Under the pieces are notes generated by a model. The model saw nothing but the letters and a program-made list of their open reading frames with translations. It did no database searches and was not told where the DNA came from. Below are positions 1 through 9,600 of a stretch of 64,000 nucleotides of DNA, piece by piece. A program made the position numbers and the translations under genes. This stretch comes from Verrucomicrobiia bacterium (GTDB lineage: Bacteria > Verrucomicrobiota > Verrucomicrobiia > Limisphaerales > UBA1319). How positions within the stretch are numbered: the first letter of the stretch is position 1; each line of letters begins with the position of its first letter. The stretch is from positions 1,599,236 to 1,663,235 of the forward strand of contig OY760937.1 of assembly GCA_963664225.1 (NCBI GenBank), read 5' to 3'.

Positions 1-737
1 AACGGTTCAGGCGCGAAGCCATTTCACCAATCCAGAACAAACTTGGACAATTCCTGTTGAATCCGGTGATCCGCAACATTTTGGGGCAAGTCAGATGCAG
101 TGTGGATATTCCCTTCGTCATGGACAACCAGAGGATGTTCATCGCCAACCTATCGAAAGGTCGGCTGGGCCATGACAAAGCCAACCTCCTTGGATCCTTG
201 CTCACGACTCAATTTCAACTGGGCGCAATGGCCCGAGTGAACCGTCCCGAAGACGAACGCCAGGATTTTTACCTGTTCATCGACGAATTCCAGTCCTTCT
301 CCACCGATGCGTTTGCTTCAATTCTGGCCGAAGCCCGTAAATACCGATTATGCCTCACCCTCTCGCATCAATACATTGACCAGCTTCCGCTTCCCATCCG
401 CCAGGCGGTTTTTGGCAATGTGGGAACCCTGATTGCCTTTCGCATCGGCAATATCGATGCCGAGGTGATGGCCAAGGAGTTTGGAAACACATTTGCACCA
501 AGCACGCTTGCCGACCTTGGCCGATATGAAGCGGTCGTGAAGTTGCTGGAAAATGGAACAAACCGGGAACCATTCCTCGGTAAGATGCTCGCACCACTCA
601 AAAATTGCATTGGCCGGAAGGAAAAGCTCATCGCCCGTTCGCGCGAGCGTTTTGCCGCATCACGCTCGCGAATTGATGAAAAACTGAACCGGTGGATGGC
701 TTCGGCGAAAACTCCATTACCGACTGACGAATCTTGA
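1..737 (+). CDS. FtsK/HerA/T4CP-superfamily ATPase, C-terminal part (5' end lies left of the window)
   Basis: Frame 3 is open from the window edge; the track start at 57 is an internal TTG. It has Walker-B-like YLFIDEFQSF and ARKYRLCLTLSHQYIDQL motifs. By eye it is collinear with the ATPase half of the 1048-aa ORF at 6644..9790 (YWLYIDEFANF / ARKYRIGLTLAHHELHQL). Confidence 0.75.
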   Translation, partial: RFRREAISPIQNKLGQFLLNPVIRNILGQVRCSVDIPFVMDNQRMFIANLSKGRLGHDKANLLGSLLTTQFQLGAMARVNRPEDERQDFYLFIDEFQSFSTDAFASILAEARKYRLCLTLSHQYIDQLPLPIRQAVFGNVGTLIAFRIGNIDAEVMAKEFGNTFAPSTLADLGRYEAVVKLLENGTNREPFLGKMLAPLKNCIGRKEKLIARSRERFAASRSRIDEKLNRWMASAKTPLPTDES

Positions 738-768
738 AACAATCACCACTGGCTGGGTTCGTTCATCC

Positions 769-800
769 AAACTTGCCCGAAAGCGCAAATCCTGTCGTCT
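769..800 (+). promoter_or_regulatory. copy 1 of a 3x repeated ~30-nt intergenic motif (CTTGCCC..GCAAA..CGTCT)
   Basis: Sequence aaaCTTGCCCgaaagcGCAAAtcctgtCGTCT lies 35 nt upstream of the 835 start. It contains a small inverted repeat (TTGC/GCAA). Related copies are at 1741 and 3551. Confidence 0.4.
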
Positions 801-834
801 TCTTCCTTAGTTTGCCACCCGTTACGATGGACGG

Positions 835-1740
835 ATGGATTCCTCCCGTCTTCCCCGCTTCAAACGCTCTTCCGTCGTTGCCCCCATGCAACTGACAGAA
901 CGCGACCGCGAAATCATCCGGCTCGTGGATCGGCATCGTTTTCTCCATTCTTCGCAGATCGTTGCACTCATCGGCGGCAGTTCGCAGCAACTCTTGCGTC
1001 GATTGAAATTACTGTATCATCACGGCTTTTTGGAACGGCCACGCGCCCAGCTTGAATATTACCGCCAGAGCGGTTCTCATCACATCGTTTACGGCCTGGG
1101 AAACAAGGGTGGGACGCTTTTGAAGCAGGAGTTCGGGATTGCGCTTCGTCGAGTCTCTTGGGGTGAGAAGAACCGCGCCGTGGGCCGGATATTCCTTGAA
1201 CATGCGCTTTTGGTTTCAGATGTGATGGTGACGATTGAACTGGCTTGCCGAAAGCGCGGTTTCCAGCTTTTGACCGAAAAGGAGCTTGCACCGCCTGACA
1301 AGAAACAGCCGTTCCGATGGAGGGTGAACATCAACAACCGCTTGCAACTCGGTATCATCCCCGACCGCGTATTCGCCTTGGAGATTCCAGATGCGGACGG
1401 CAAACGTCAGCGCAGGTATTTCTTCCTTGAGGCCGACCGGGGCACCATGCCGGTCAAACGTCGAAACCTTTCCCAAACCTCGTTTTACCGCAAGCTCATT
1501 GCATATGAAGCCACCTGGTCGCAAAACCTGCATCGCACTCGATTTGGTTTCAATCGTTTCCGCGTGATCACCGTCACCACGAGTGCGGGACGACGGAATT
1601 CTCTGGTGGAGGCCTGTTCGGAACTGGAGCGTGGCCGAGGCTTGTTCCTGTTTACCGACCATTCCATTTTGTCCGATGATATATTTTCCTCTGCCTGGTT
1701 GACGGGCAATCCGGGTGGAACTGCCAGTTTGCTCGATTAG
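835..1740 (+). CDS. replication-relaxation family protein
   Basis: The N-terminal winged-helix-like LTERDREIIRLVDRHRFLHSSQIVALIGGSSQQLLRRLKLLYHHGFLERP is typical of the replication-relaxation family of plasmids and integrative elements. An alternative start exists at 886. Confidence 0.75.
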   Translation: MDSSRLPRFKRSSVVAPMQLTERDREIIRLVDRHRFLHSSQIVALIGGSSQQLLRRLKLLYHHGFLERPRAQLEYYRQSGSHHIVYGLGNKGGTLLKQEFGIALRRVSWGEKNRAVGRIFLEHALLVSDVMVTIELACRKRGFQLLTEKELAPPDKKQPFRWRVNINNRLQLGIIPDRVFALEIPDADGKRQRRYFFLEADRGTMPVKRRNLSQTSFYRKLIAYEATWSQNLHRTRFGFNRFRVITVTTSAGRRNSLVEACSELERGRGLFLFTDHSILSDDIFSSAWLTGNPGGTASLLD

Positions 1741-1773
1741 AAATCTTGCCCCAAACGGCAAATCTTGCCGTCT
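1741..1773 (+). promoter_or_regulatory. copy 2 of the repeated intergenic motif
   Basis: Sequence aaatCTTGCCCcaaacgGCAAAtcttgcCGTCT sits directly after the stop at 1740 and 99 nt upstream of the primase ATG. Confidence 0.4.
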
Positions 1774-1871
1774 AGTGAAGTCATCGACAAGGGCGATATG
1801 CTTCTCTTGGAAGCGGTTCGGTTCTTGAGCCGCATTTGTTCTTCACAATTAATCATAACCAAGGAAATACC

Positions 1872-2891
1872 ATGCCAAAATCATCGTTTGTTGACTTCAA
1901 GGCCGTCAAGGAGGCCATCACCATGGAGCAGGTGCTCGGACATTACAACCTGCTCGATCAGTTCAAGCGGAGCGGAGACAGCCTGAGTGGTCCATGTCCG
2001 ATCCACAAAGGCACCAATCCGACACAATTCCGGGTCAGTATCAGCAAAAACATCTGGAACTGTTTCAGCGAATGCAAACACGGGGGCAACACCCTCGACT
2101 TCATCTCCCGGATGGACAATGTGAGCGTCCACGCGGCGGCCTTAAACGCCATCGAATGGTTTCACCTTGATCCCGCAGCCGTGTCGATGGATTCCCCAAA
2201 GGAAGCCGGAGCTGAGCATGAAGACCCGAAGACTCACGATGTTCCCCGACCGACGCCAGTCACAAAGACAGCGCCGGTCCTGGAAAACAGCGCGCCGAAC
2301 AAGCCGTTGAAGTTCCGGTTGGAAAAACTGGAACGCGAAAATCCCTACCTTGTCGAACGCGGTCTCACGCCGGAAACCATTGCAGATTTCGACATAGGGT
2401 ACTGCGCCAAAGGCATGATGGCGGAACGGATCGCCATTCCCATCCGCAACGTGAACGGAGAGGTGGTGGCATATGCGGGACGCTGGCCTGGAATGCCAGC
2501 CGAAGGTAATCCCAAATACAAGTTGCCCCAGGGATTCAGGAAATCACTAGAGCTGTTCAACTTTGACCGAGCCATAAAAGAATCAGGGCCGCTGGTTATT
2601 GTCGAAGGCTTCTTTGGCTGTATGAAACTTCACCAGCTCGGTTGCCGCAAGGTGGCCGCCCTCATGGGCAGCACCCTCTCCACCGCGCAGGAGGAGTTGA
2701 TTCGCACTCACACCGACCACAACAGCCAAGTCATCGTCATGCTCGATGAGGACGAGGCGGGAAGGGCGGGACGTGAGGACATGGCCGTTCGTCTGGCCAA
2801 GTTCGTTTTTGTGAAGGTTCACACCTTCGGCAAGGACGGACAGCAACCGGATGACTTGAGCGCCGAGGAAGTGACAATGTTGTTAACCTGA
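1872..2891 (+). CDS. DNA primase-like protein (CHC2 zinc finger + Toprim domain)
   Basis: CHC2 finger CPIHKGTNPTQFRVSISKNIWNCFSECKHGGNTLDFI. Toprim-like LVIVEGFFGCMKL...VIVMLDEDEAGRAG. The ATG at 1872 is preceded by aaggaaa; the track start at 1836 is a TTG. Confidence 0.85.
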   Translation: MPKSSFVDFKAVKEAITMEQVLGHYNLLDQFKRSGDSLSGPCPIHKGTNPTQFRVSISKNIWNCFSECKHGGNTLDFISRMDNVSVHAAALNAIEWFHLDPAAVSMDSPKEAGAEHEDPKTHDVPRPTPVTKTAPVLENSAPNKPLKFRLEKLERENPYLVERGLTPETIADFDIGYCAKGMMAERIAIPIRNVNGEVVAYAGRWPGMPAEGNPKYKLPQGFRKSLELFNFDRAIKESGPLVIVEGFFGCMKLHQLGCRKVAALMGSTLSTAQEELIRTHTDHNSQVIVMLDEDEAGRAGREDMAVRLAKFVFVKVHTFGKDGQQPDDLSAEEVTMLLT

Positions 2892-2903
2892 AAGGAGACC
2901 ACC

Positions 2904-3233
2904 ATGGATGTTCATTGTTCCACCTGTGGCGAGCCATGGGATACATTTCATCTCTGGCACGAAGCCATATTCGAGACGGGATTGAGTTTTGAGGAAGCCG
3001 AAGCCTGGCGCTTTCTTCCCCGCTCTCTAAAACTAAACGACCGTTACCGGAAGGAATTTCGGGCAGTCGGCTGGGAATTCGGGCAAACGGTGATCAACGT
3101 CATTCATTGCCCGTGTTGTCCCAAGGATGCAAAACCCAACCCTGAGGCTGTAAAAACCAAGGCAGTCCTTGAACAGCTTTTGGGCAACGACCAGGATGGA
3201 TTGGCTGCGACCTTTGAGGATCATCACCTATGA
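2904..3233 (+). CDS. hypothetical Cys-rich (CxxC...CPCC) small protein
   Basis: A strong RBS (gaaaggaga) lies 6 nt upstream. Putative zinc-ribbon cysteines are HCSTCGEPW and IHCPCCPKD. The stop overlaps the next start (ATGA). No family was recognised. Confidence 0.6.
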   Translation: MDVHCSTCGEPWDTFHLWHEAIFETGLSFEEAEAWRFLPRSLKLNDRYRKEFRAVGWEFGQTVINVIHCPCCPKDAKPNPEAVKTKAVLEQLLGNDQDGLAATFEDHHL

Positions 3234-3517
3234 AAGCAGCCACCAATTGCATCGCTAGGTTCCCTCTTGGCCAACTCATGGTAACATCCAATGCCCTCAA
3301 ATACTTGACCCTGAATGAAATCATTTCCGGTGTCATTCGCCATCAATTGGGCGATTGGGGTGAGTTGAACAGTGACGACCGAATGGAGAACGATCTGAAC
3401 ATCGAAAGGGGGTTGATTCTCATATCGGTTTATCACGACAGCAATGACATGGCATTCTTTGTCATTACCGAGGCGGATCGGTCCGTCACAACGGTCTTGA
3501 TGCCGACCGATTATTAA
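3230..3517 (+). CDS. small conserved plasmid/ICE-associated protein (GDWG motif family)
   Basis: RHQLGDWGELNSDD and ITEADRSVTTVLMPTDY resemble, from memory, the small proteins often encoded next to ardC on conjugative elements. It is translationally coupled to the upstream ORF. Confidence 0.65.
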   Translation: MKAATNCIARFPLGQLMVTSNALKYLTLNEIISGVIRHQLGDWGELNSDDRMENDLNIERGLILISVYHDSNDMAFFVITEADRSVTTVLMPTDY

Positions 3518-3522
3518 TCACA

Positions 3523-3551
3523 AGAGCGATTCACGCGAATCGCTCTTTTTC
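3523..3551 (+). terminator. rho-independent terminator
   Basis: Perfect 10-bp stem AGAGCGATTC/GAATCGCTCT with a 4-nt loop, followed by TTTTT. Confidence 0.8.
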
Positions 3552-3579
3552 TTGCCCCATCAGGCAAAGAGAGCCGTCT
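3551..3579 (+). promoter_or_regulatory. copy 3 of the repeated intergenic motif
   Basis: Sequence CTTGCCCcatcagGCAAAgagagcCGTCT lies 81 nt upstream of the ardC ATG. Confidence 0.4.
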
Positions 3580-3659
3580 TTGGCGAAACAGCCGCATGCC
3601 ATACGCTACAGAGTGGGTTCAAATGGTTCTTTTAAAATCAACAACCACAGGAAGATATC

Positions 3660-4511
3660 ATGAATTATCAAGCGTATGAACGGATCACCGAGCGCATCAC
3701 TGCCTTGCTTCTGCAAGGCACGGTGCCCTGGCACAAACCATGGAAGGCAACAACCAGTTGGCCGCGAAATGGCGTTTCCCAAAAACCATATCGCGGCATC
3801 AATGTCTTTTTGCTTTTAACCATGAGTTACGAGTCCCCCATCTGGCTCACTTACCGTCAGGCCTTGCAGCTTGGCGGCTCTGTCCGCAAGGGTGAGAAAT
3901 CCTGTCCCGTTGTCTTTTGGAAACCCCTGAAGATTGCGGACAAGACATCGGGCGAAGAAAGGCAAATCCCTTTGCTACGCCTCTATCACGTCTTCAACGT
4001 CGCCCAATGTGACGGCTTGAAAGACTCACCACCCGTGACAAACGAAATTGTCGCGTCCAAACCGGCGGAGATTGTGGCAGCGATGCCTCAACCGCCCGCC
4101 ATCAAACACGGCATGAACTCCGCCTTCTATTCACCCCAGGAGGATTGCGTTGGAATGCCTTTACGCGAACGGTTCGAGAACGAGAATGGCTATTTTGCCA
4201 CCTTGTTCCATGAGCTCGTTCATTCGACCGGCCACGAAAAGCGGTTGAACCGGGCAACGCTCGCCGAAAACAATGGATTCGGTTCCGATCCATACTGCAA
4301 GGAGGAATTGATTGCGGAAATGGGGGCGGCGTTTCTTTGCGGCCAGGCCGAGATTGTCGAGCGGACGATTGATAGCTCCGCCGCTTATATCCAGAACTGG
4401 CTTCAGCGCCTGAAGCAAGACAAGAGCCTGATTGTGCAGGCTGCAGCGCAGGCACAGAAAGCCGTTGACTTCATTCTTGGCCGGACGGAAAGCGAGGTAT
4501 TCCATGACTGA
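3660..4511 (+). CDS. ardC: ArdC-like antirestriction protein (ssDNA-binding N-domain + zincin metalloprotease)
   Basis: N-terminal GTVPWHKPW...PYRGINVFLL (DUF1738-type) and C-terminal HELVHSTGH metalloprotease motif. Confidence 0.9.
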   Translation: MNYQAYERITERITALLLQGTVPWHKPWKATTSWPRNGVSQKPYRGINVFLLLTMSYESPIWLTYRQALQLGGSVRKGEKSCPVVFWKPLKIADKTSGEERQIPLLRLYHVFNVAQCDGLKDSPPVTNEIVASKPAEIVAAMPQPPAIKHGMNSAFYSPQEDCVGMPLRERFENENGYFATLFHELVHSTGHEKRLNRATLAENNGFGSDPYCKEELIAEMGAAFLCGQAEIVERTIDSSAAYIQNWLQRLKQDKSLIVQAAAQAQKAVDFILGRTESEVFHD

Positions 4512-4737
4512 ATTGGAAAAAGCAGTCAGACGACGCACCCGTCTGCCCTTTGCCCACTATCGCAAACGCATCGTGGTCATCCTTGAACCGGGTGACTGTG
4601 TGACCATGCGATTGGAACGGACGCGCACTGTGTTTCGCGCCCCCATCTCGGCATTGTATCGGCAGATGGTGGAGTGGCACGTTGCCGCGATCCAGCGCGA
4701 GAAACAGCGGGAGCGAAAACAAAGGAGGACCGTATGA
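4504..4737 (+). CDS. hypothetical small basic protein
   Basis: The ATG at 4504 overlaps the ardC stop by 8 nt, and the stop overlaps the radC ATG (ATGA). Placement is operonic. No family was recognised. Confidence 0.5.
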   Translation: MTELEKAVRRRTRLPFAHYRKRIVVILEPGDCVTMRLERTRTVFRAPISALYRQMVEWHVAAIQREKQRERKQRRTV

Positions 4738-5195
4738 AAGACTTCAATCCGAAGGAGTTCAAGCTCGTCGCACTGCGTGAATGTCCGACACCCGAACAGA
4801 TGCAGGTCTGCGATACACCGGAAAAGGCAGTCGAATATTGGACAGCACATATTGGCAATTCGGCCCAATTCAACCAAGAATGTGAAAGTTTCTTCGTGTT
4901 AGTCCTGAACACGCGGAGACGTGTCAGAGGCCATCACTTGGTTTCAACGGGCACGATGGATACCATTCTGGTCCATCCGAGAGAAGTCTTCCGCATTGCC
5001 ATTATCGCCGGAGCATCCGCTGTCGTGCTCATGCACAATCACCCGTCGGGTGAACCGCAGCCGTCCGAGGCGGATATCAAAGTGACTCGCGATTTAATTC
5101 GCGCCGGTGAGTTGGTTAAAATTGAGGTGCTTGATCACGTTATCGTGGGCAATCCAAACCATTGCTCATTACGCGAGCTTGGCTATTTTTACTAG
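4734..5195 (+). CDS. radC: RadC-like JAB/MPN domain protein
   Basis: JAMM motif VVLMHNHPSGEPQPSEADIKVTRDL. RBS aaggagga lies upstream of the ATG at 4734. Confidence 0.9.
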   Translation: MKDFNPKEFKLVALRECPTPEQMQVCDTPEKAVEYWTAHIGNSAQFNQECESFFVLVLNTRRRVRGHHLVSTGTMDTILVHPREVFRIAIIAGASAVVLMHNHPSGEPQPSEADIKVTRDLIRAGELVKIEVLDHVIVGNPNHCSLRELGYFY

Positions 5196-5207
5196 CTAAA
5201 GCCATCC

Positions 5208-5239
5208 AAACCCCGTCCATTTTTAGGCCGGGGTTTTTC
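5208..5239 (+). terminator. rho-independent terminator
   Basis: Stem AAACCCCG (5208-5215) pairs with CGGGGTTT (5229-5236), followed by a T-run. Confidence 0.7.
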
Positions 5240-5425
5240 ATACTCACAGTAACCAATCACTTCGTCTGTGATACGGATTTTATTCCCAATACCACTGAAG
5301 TTCACAAATAAATTGACATTCGGAAATCGTCATGAAATATATCGCTGACATCCGGTAATTCAATGGGTAACCAATCCCAATCTGTGCATGAAGTTTATGC
5401 ACCAAAAAAAAGGAAGGGAAAAACT

Positions 5426-5896
5426 ATGTCTGAGCCCATCGTTCCACCTACTGAACCTGTTCAGGTTCAAAATGAAGTATCATACAACATTCCAACAACC
5501 CAGGCCTCACCAGCCTTGTCTGTGAGCCTTTTGGAGATATTTCTTGCCATAGGCTTGGGCTTTTGCTTTTTCCTGCCTTGGATCAAAATCTTAGGCGTTG
5601 GAGTCTCCGGCTTTCAAATACAAAAGCTGGGCCAAGACGGCCTAATCTTTTGGCTCATTCCCGTTATGAGTAGCATTGCCGTTTTGGCTGGAATGATCGG
5701 AAAGAGCCAGAAAGACGCTGCCATGCTTGCTGGTATCACGCCATTCGGCATTGTCATATATTTCTGCATTCAAGCTGGGAATAATTATCAGCAAATCATT
5801 GATGCATTGGGAGCCGGGGCCTGGGTGGCTTTGGTCATCGGCTTCCTGATGATCGTCCTTTCCTTCAATTTAAAGAATGCAAATGCCAAATCATAG
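5426..5896 (+). CDS. hypothetical multi-pass membrane protein (about 4 TM)
   Basis: The ATG at 5426 follows aaaaggaaggg. Hydrophobic segments include LLEIFLAIGLGFCFFLPWI, LIFWLIPVMSSIAVLAGMI, ITPFGIVIYFCI and AWVALVIGFLMIVLSF. The track start is 5363. Confidence 0.65.
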   Translation: MSEPIVPPTEPVQVQNEVSYNIPTTQASPALSVSLLEIFLAIGLGFCFFLPWIKILGVGVSGFQIQKLGQDGLIFWLIPVMSSIAVLAGMIGKSQKDAAMLAGITPFGIVIYFCIQAGNNYQQIIDALGAGAWVALVIGFLMIVLSFNLKNANAKS

Positions 5897-5914
5897 ATCA
5901 GGGGAAGGACGATT

Positions 5915-6637
5915 ATGTTTTCATTCTTTCGTAAAAAGGCCGATGTATTGAGCCACTGGTACGTTTTGGTGGAAAACTTTAAGCTTTCATCCCAAGACTT
6001 TTATAACGAAATCGAAACTGCATTGAAGGAACGTGAGGTGCCGGGGCTTGGCTTTTCTAAGGTTGAGTTTTCCGAAGGTGGCCTCCTTTCAGCCAATCGC
6101 ATCTATCTTCGCATGGTCCGGGAACGGCTGGTTTTTGATGTCTGCGCCGCTCCCTTTGGCACCGGCTTTTTCTTCTCTTGCCGATTTGCTGAGATTCCCG
6201 CTGTGATTACTGTCTGGCAACTCATTGTCGTATTCGCGGGCCTGTTTTTAGGCGCGATCCTTTCCTTTTTTATTCTAAGCAAACTCTTAGGAGTGTTGGG
6301 TTTAGTGCTCTTCCCATTTGCTTTAATCGTCGGCCTCTTTCTCATGATTTACGTCATGAGAAACGCTGTGTCCATGGGGCTTAGAGATTTGGATGCCTCC
6401 TTAATTAAGTCCCCCGTGCTTGGTCCGATCTACGAAAACTGGTTTCGCAAGGAAACATATTATCGCCACGACACCCGTCTCATGTATTGCGATACGGTGA
6501 ATTCCATTGTGAAGACAAGAGTGGAGGAAACCACGGGCTCGAAAGGAATAAAATTGGTTCGTTTTAACGAATTCAATCCCGTTCTGAGCGACCTTTACAA
6601 ACCGACCATCGTGGCCTTGCCCAAGGAACCCTCCTGA
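5915..6637 (+). CDS. hypothetical membrane protein (soluble N-domain, central TM hairpin, soluble C-domain)
   Basis: Lies 18 nt after the previous stop. TM stretch: VWQLIVVFAGLFLGAILSFFILSKLLGVLGLVLFPFALIVGLFLMIYVM. No family was recognised. Confidence 0.65.
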   Translation: MFSFFRKKADVLSHWYVLVENFKLSSQDFYNEIETALKEREVPGLGFSKVEFSEGGLLSANRIYLRMVRERLVFDVCAAPFGTGFFFSCRFAEIPAVITVWQLIVVFAGLFLGAILSFFILSKLLGVLGLVLFPFALIVGLFLMIYVMRNAVSMGLRDLDASLIKSPVLGPIYENWFRKETYYRHDTRLMYCDTVNSIVKTRVEETTGSKGIKLVRFNEFNPVLSDLYKPTIVALPKEPS

Positions 6638-6643
6638 CGTCAT

Positions 6644-9600
6644 ATGTCCCGGCTCGACGAGCAATTGAGCGAACGGTTCCACCTCTGGGAACTGCGCGGA
6701 CGTGGCTGGCAGGTCTTTCCCGAACCGGTGTATCCCGAGCCGCCTTTTACCCCGTTTCTCGGCCATTATCTCCCCGATACCCCGCCAGTTGATGACGGAG
6801 CCAGGCCAACCTTTTTGAGTTCGCTGGTGCGGAAACTGAGCCGCACGTTAAGCACCGAGACTCCACCGATTGCGGTTGCGCCCGAGCCCGAAATTGAACC
6901 GGAGCCAACGCCCCTCATTCGTGAATCGCTTGTGGAATTGCAGGCATCCCTCCCGGACAAACTCGACATCTCCAAGGATGCTTTTGAACAGTTCCTTTTG
7001 AATCTGTCCCTCTGTCGCGAACCCATTGCCTTTGAACTGCTTGGCACGCACAAAAAAGTCACAACCCAATTCGTCGCCGGTGCAACTGACGCCCCGCTCC
7101 TCCGCCGACAGTTGCAGGCATATTTTCCTGAAGCCGTCTTTGTCTCCCGTGAAGGTGGCTTGGAACAGGCTTTGAATGCAAGCCAGGGCGACGAGGTTTT
7201 AGCGGTGGAGTTTGGCCTTAAAGAAGAATTCATGCTGCCTTTGGCAAGCGGCAAGCTTGATCCATTCATCGGCATCGTGGGTGCCTTGGCTGAGTTGCAG
7301 CCCGGAGAACTCGGACTTTTCCAAGTCCTGTTTCAACCGGTGCAGCATCCCTGGGCGGAAAGCATCCTGTATTCCGTGACTCACGCGGACGGCAAACCGT
7401 ATTTCATCAATTCTCCAGAACTGGCAGGGGCAGCCAATGCCAAGGTTGCCCGTCCCCTTTACGCTGCCGTTGTCCGCATCCTGCTTCGCACCGGGGACTA
7501 TGATCGTTTGCTCCAATTAGCCCGTGATCTGGCCGGATCATTGCGCGTATTCGCGCACCCCAGCGGCAACGAACTCATCCCGCTTCACAATGATGATTAC
7601 CCTTTCGAGGACCACATTGAAGACGTGCTTCGTCGTCAGACGCACAGGACAGGCATGCTACTCAACACCGACGAACTCATCGGCTTTGTCCACCTGCCAT
7701 CAAGCGCCGTCCGTTCACCGGTCTTTGAGCGGCAAGCGGTCAAATCCAAGGCGGCACCGGCCATTACCCGGCAACAAGGGCTATTGCTTGGTCATAACGA
7801 CCATGCCGGCCAGACGGTTGAAGTCAGGTTGTCCGCTGAACAGCGCACCCGGCATACGCATATCATCGGTGCCAGCGGCACAGGCAAGTCCACACTGCTT
7901 TTCAATCTCATCCGGCAGGACATTGAGAACGGTGAAGGCGTGGCCGTCCTTGATCCTCACGGGGACTTGATAGACCGGATTTGTGGCATCATTCCGCCGG
8001 AGCGGATTTGCGACGTGGTGTTGCTTGATCCTTCGGACGAATCAAATTCGGTTGGATTCAATATCCTGTCGGCTCACAGCGATCTTGAGAAAAACCTGCT
8101 GGCCTCTGACTTGGTTGCCGTGTTCCAACGCCTCTCGTCTTCATGGGGCGACCAGATGAACAGCGTGCTCTCAAACGCCATTCTCGCGTTTCTGGAAAGC
8201 GACCGGCGTGGCACCATCGCTGATTTGCGCCGGTTCCTCATTGAAACGCCGTTTCGGAATGAGTTCCTCAAATCAGTGAAGGATTCCGAGATCGTATATT
8301 ACTGGCAGAAAAGTTTTCCGCATCTCTCCGGCAACAAATCCATCGGTTCCATCCTGACCCGCTTGGACACCTTTCTGGCCCAAAAGCCCATCCGGCTCAT
8401 GGTCTCACAGCCAGAGAACCGGCTGGACTTCGCGCATATCATGGACAGCGGGAAAATCTTCCTGGCCAAATTGCCAGAGGGATTGCTTGGCCGGGAAAAT
8501 TCGTATCTGCTTGGCACCCTCCTCGTGTCCAAGTTCCAGCAGATTGCCATGAGTCGCCAGGCCCAACAGATCGCCGCGCGCCGCGACTACTGGCTCTATA
8601 TCGACGAGTTTGCCAATTTCATCACGCCCTCAATGGCGGAGATATTGTCGGGAGCACGCAAGTATAGGATTGGGCTTACGTTGGCCCATCACGAATTACA
8701 CCAGTTACAGAGGAATCCCGAAGTTGCCAGTGCTGTCATGTCGCATCCCTACACCCGCATCGTGTTCCGGGTTGGCGACGACGATGCCAAAAAACTGGCC
8801 GAGGGATTCTCATATTTCGAGGCCAGGGATTTGCGGAACTTGGAGGCCGGGCAGGCCATTGTTCGCGTGGAACGCAGCGATTTTGATTTCAATTTGTCGG
8901 TCCCGCTTCCAGTCGAGCCAGACAGGGACACAGCCATCCTCAGACGACAGGAAATCATTACCGTTTCAAGAAAAACGTACGGCACACCACGCGCCGACGT
9001 TGAGGCGATGTTCGCAAAATCGCATGAGAGTAAGACAACGATTGAACCCTCCATTGAAGCCCCTGCGCCAGCACCGACCAAGCCGGTCGCCAAAACACCG
9101 AAAGCGACCATAATTCCAGAGGCAGCAGCAGCGCCACCGCCCCCTGTTGTGATCCAGCCGCCACCAGTTACGGAAAAACCGAAAGCGATGGCATCGCCAG
9201 TCAAGGTTGAGACCCAACCTCCGGTTGTTAACCGTCCACAGGAAACACGCGATCTGGGCCGGGGCGGAGCGCAGCATCAGGCCATACAGAAACGCATCAA
9301 AGAGGCGGCGGAGAAACTTGGTTTCCGCAGCGTCATTGAAAAACCGATTCTCGGTGGTCAGGGCAGTATCGATTTGTGGCTGGAACGCCCTGGCCAAACC
9401 ATCGCCTGCGAAGTTTCCATTTCCACCACCATTGACCATGAGGTTGGCAATGTCGCGAAAGGTCTGAAGGCTGGAGTCCTCAACGTGGCGGTAATTTGCC
9501 TGGATGAAGAGCGTTTGCGGAAGATCGAGGCGGCGGTTTCCGGCAGTCTTGGCCCTGAACTCGCGGCACAAGTGGTGTATTTCCAGCCCGATTCGTTTAT

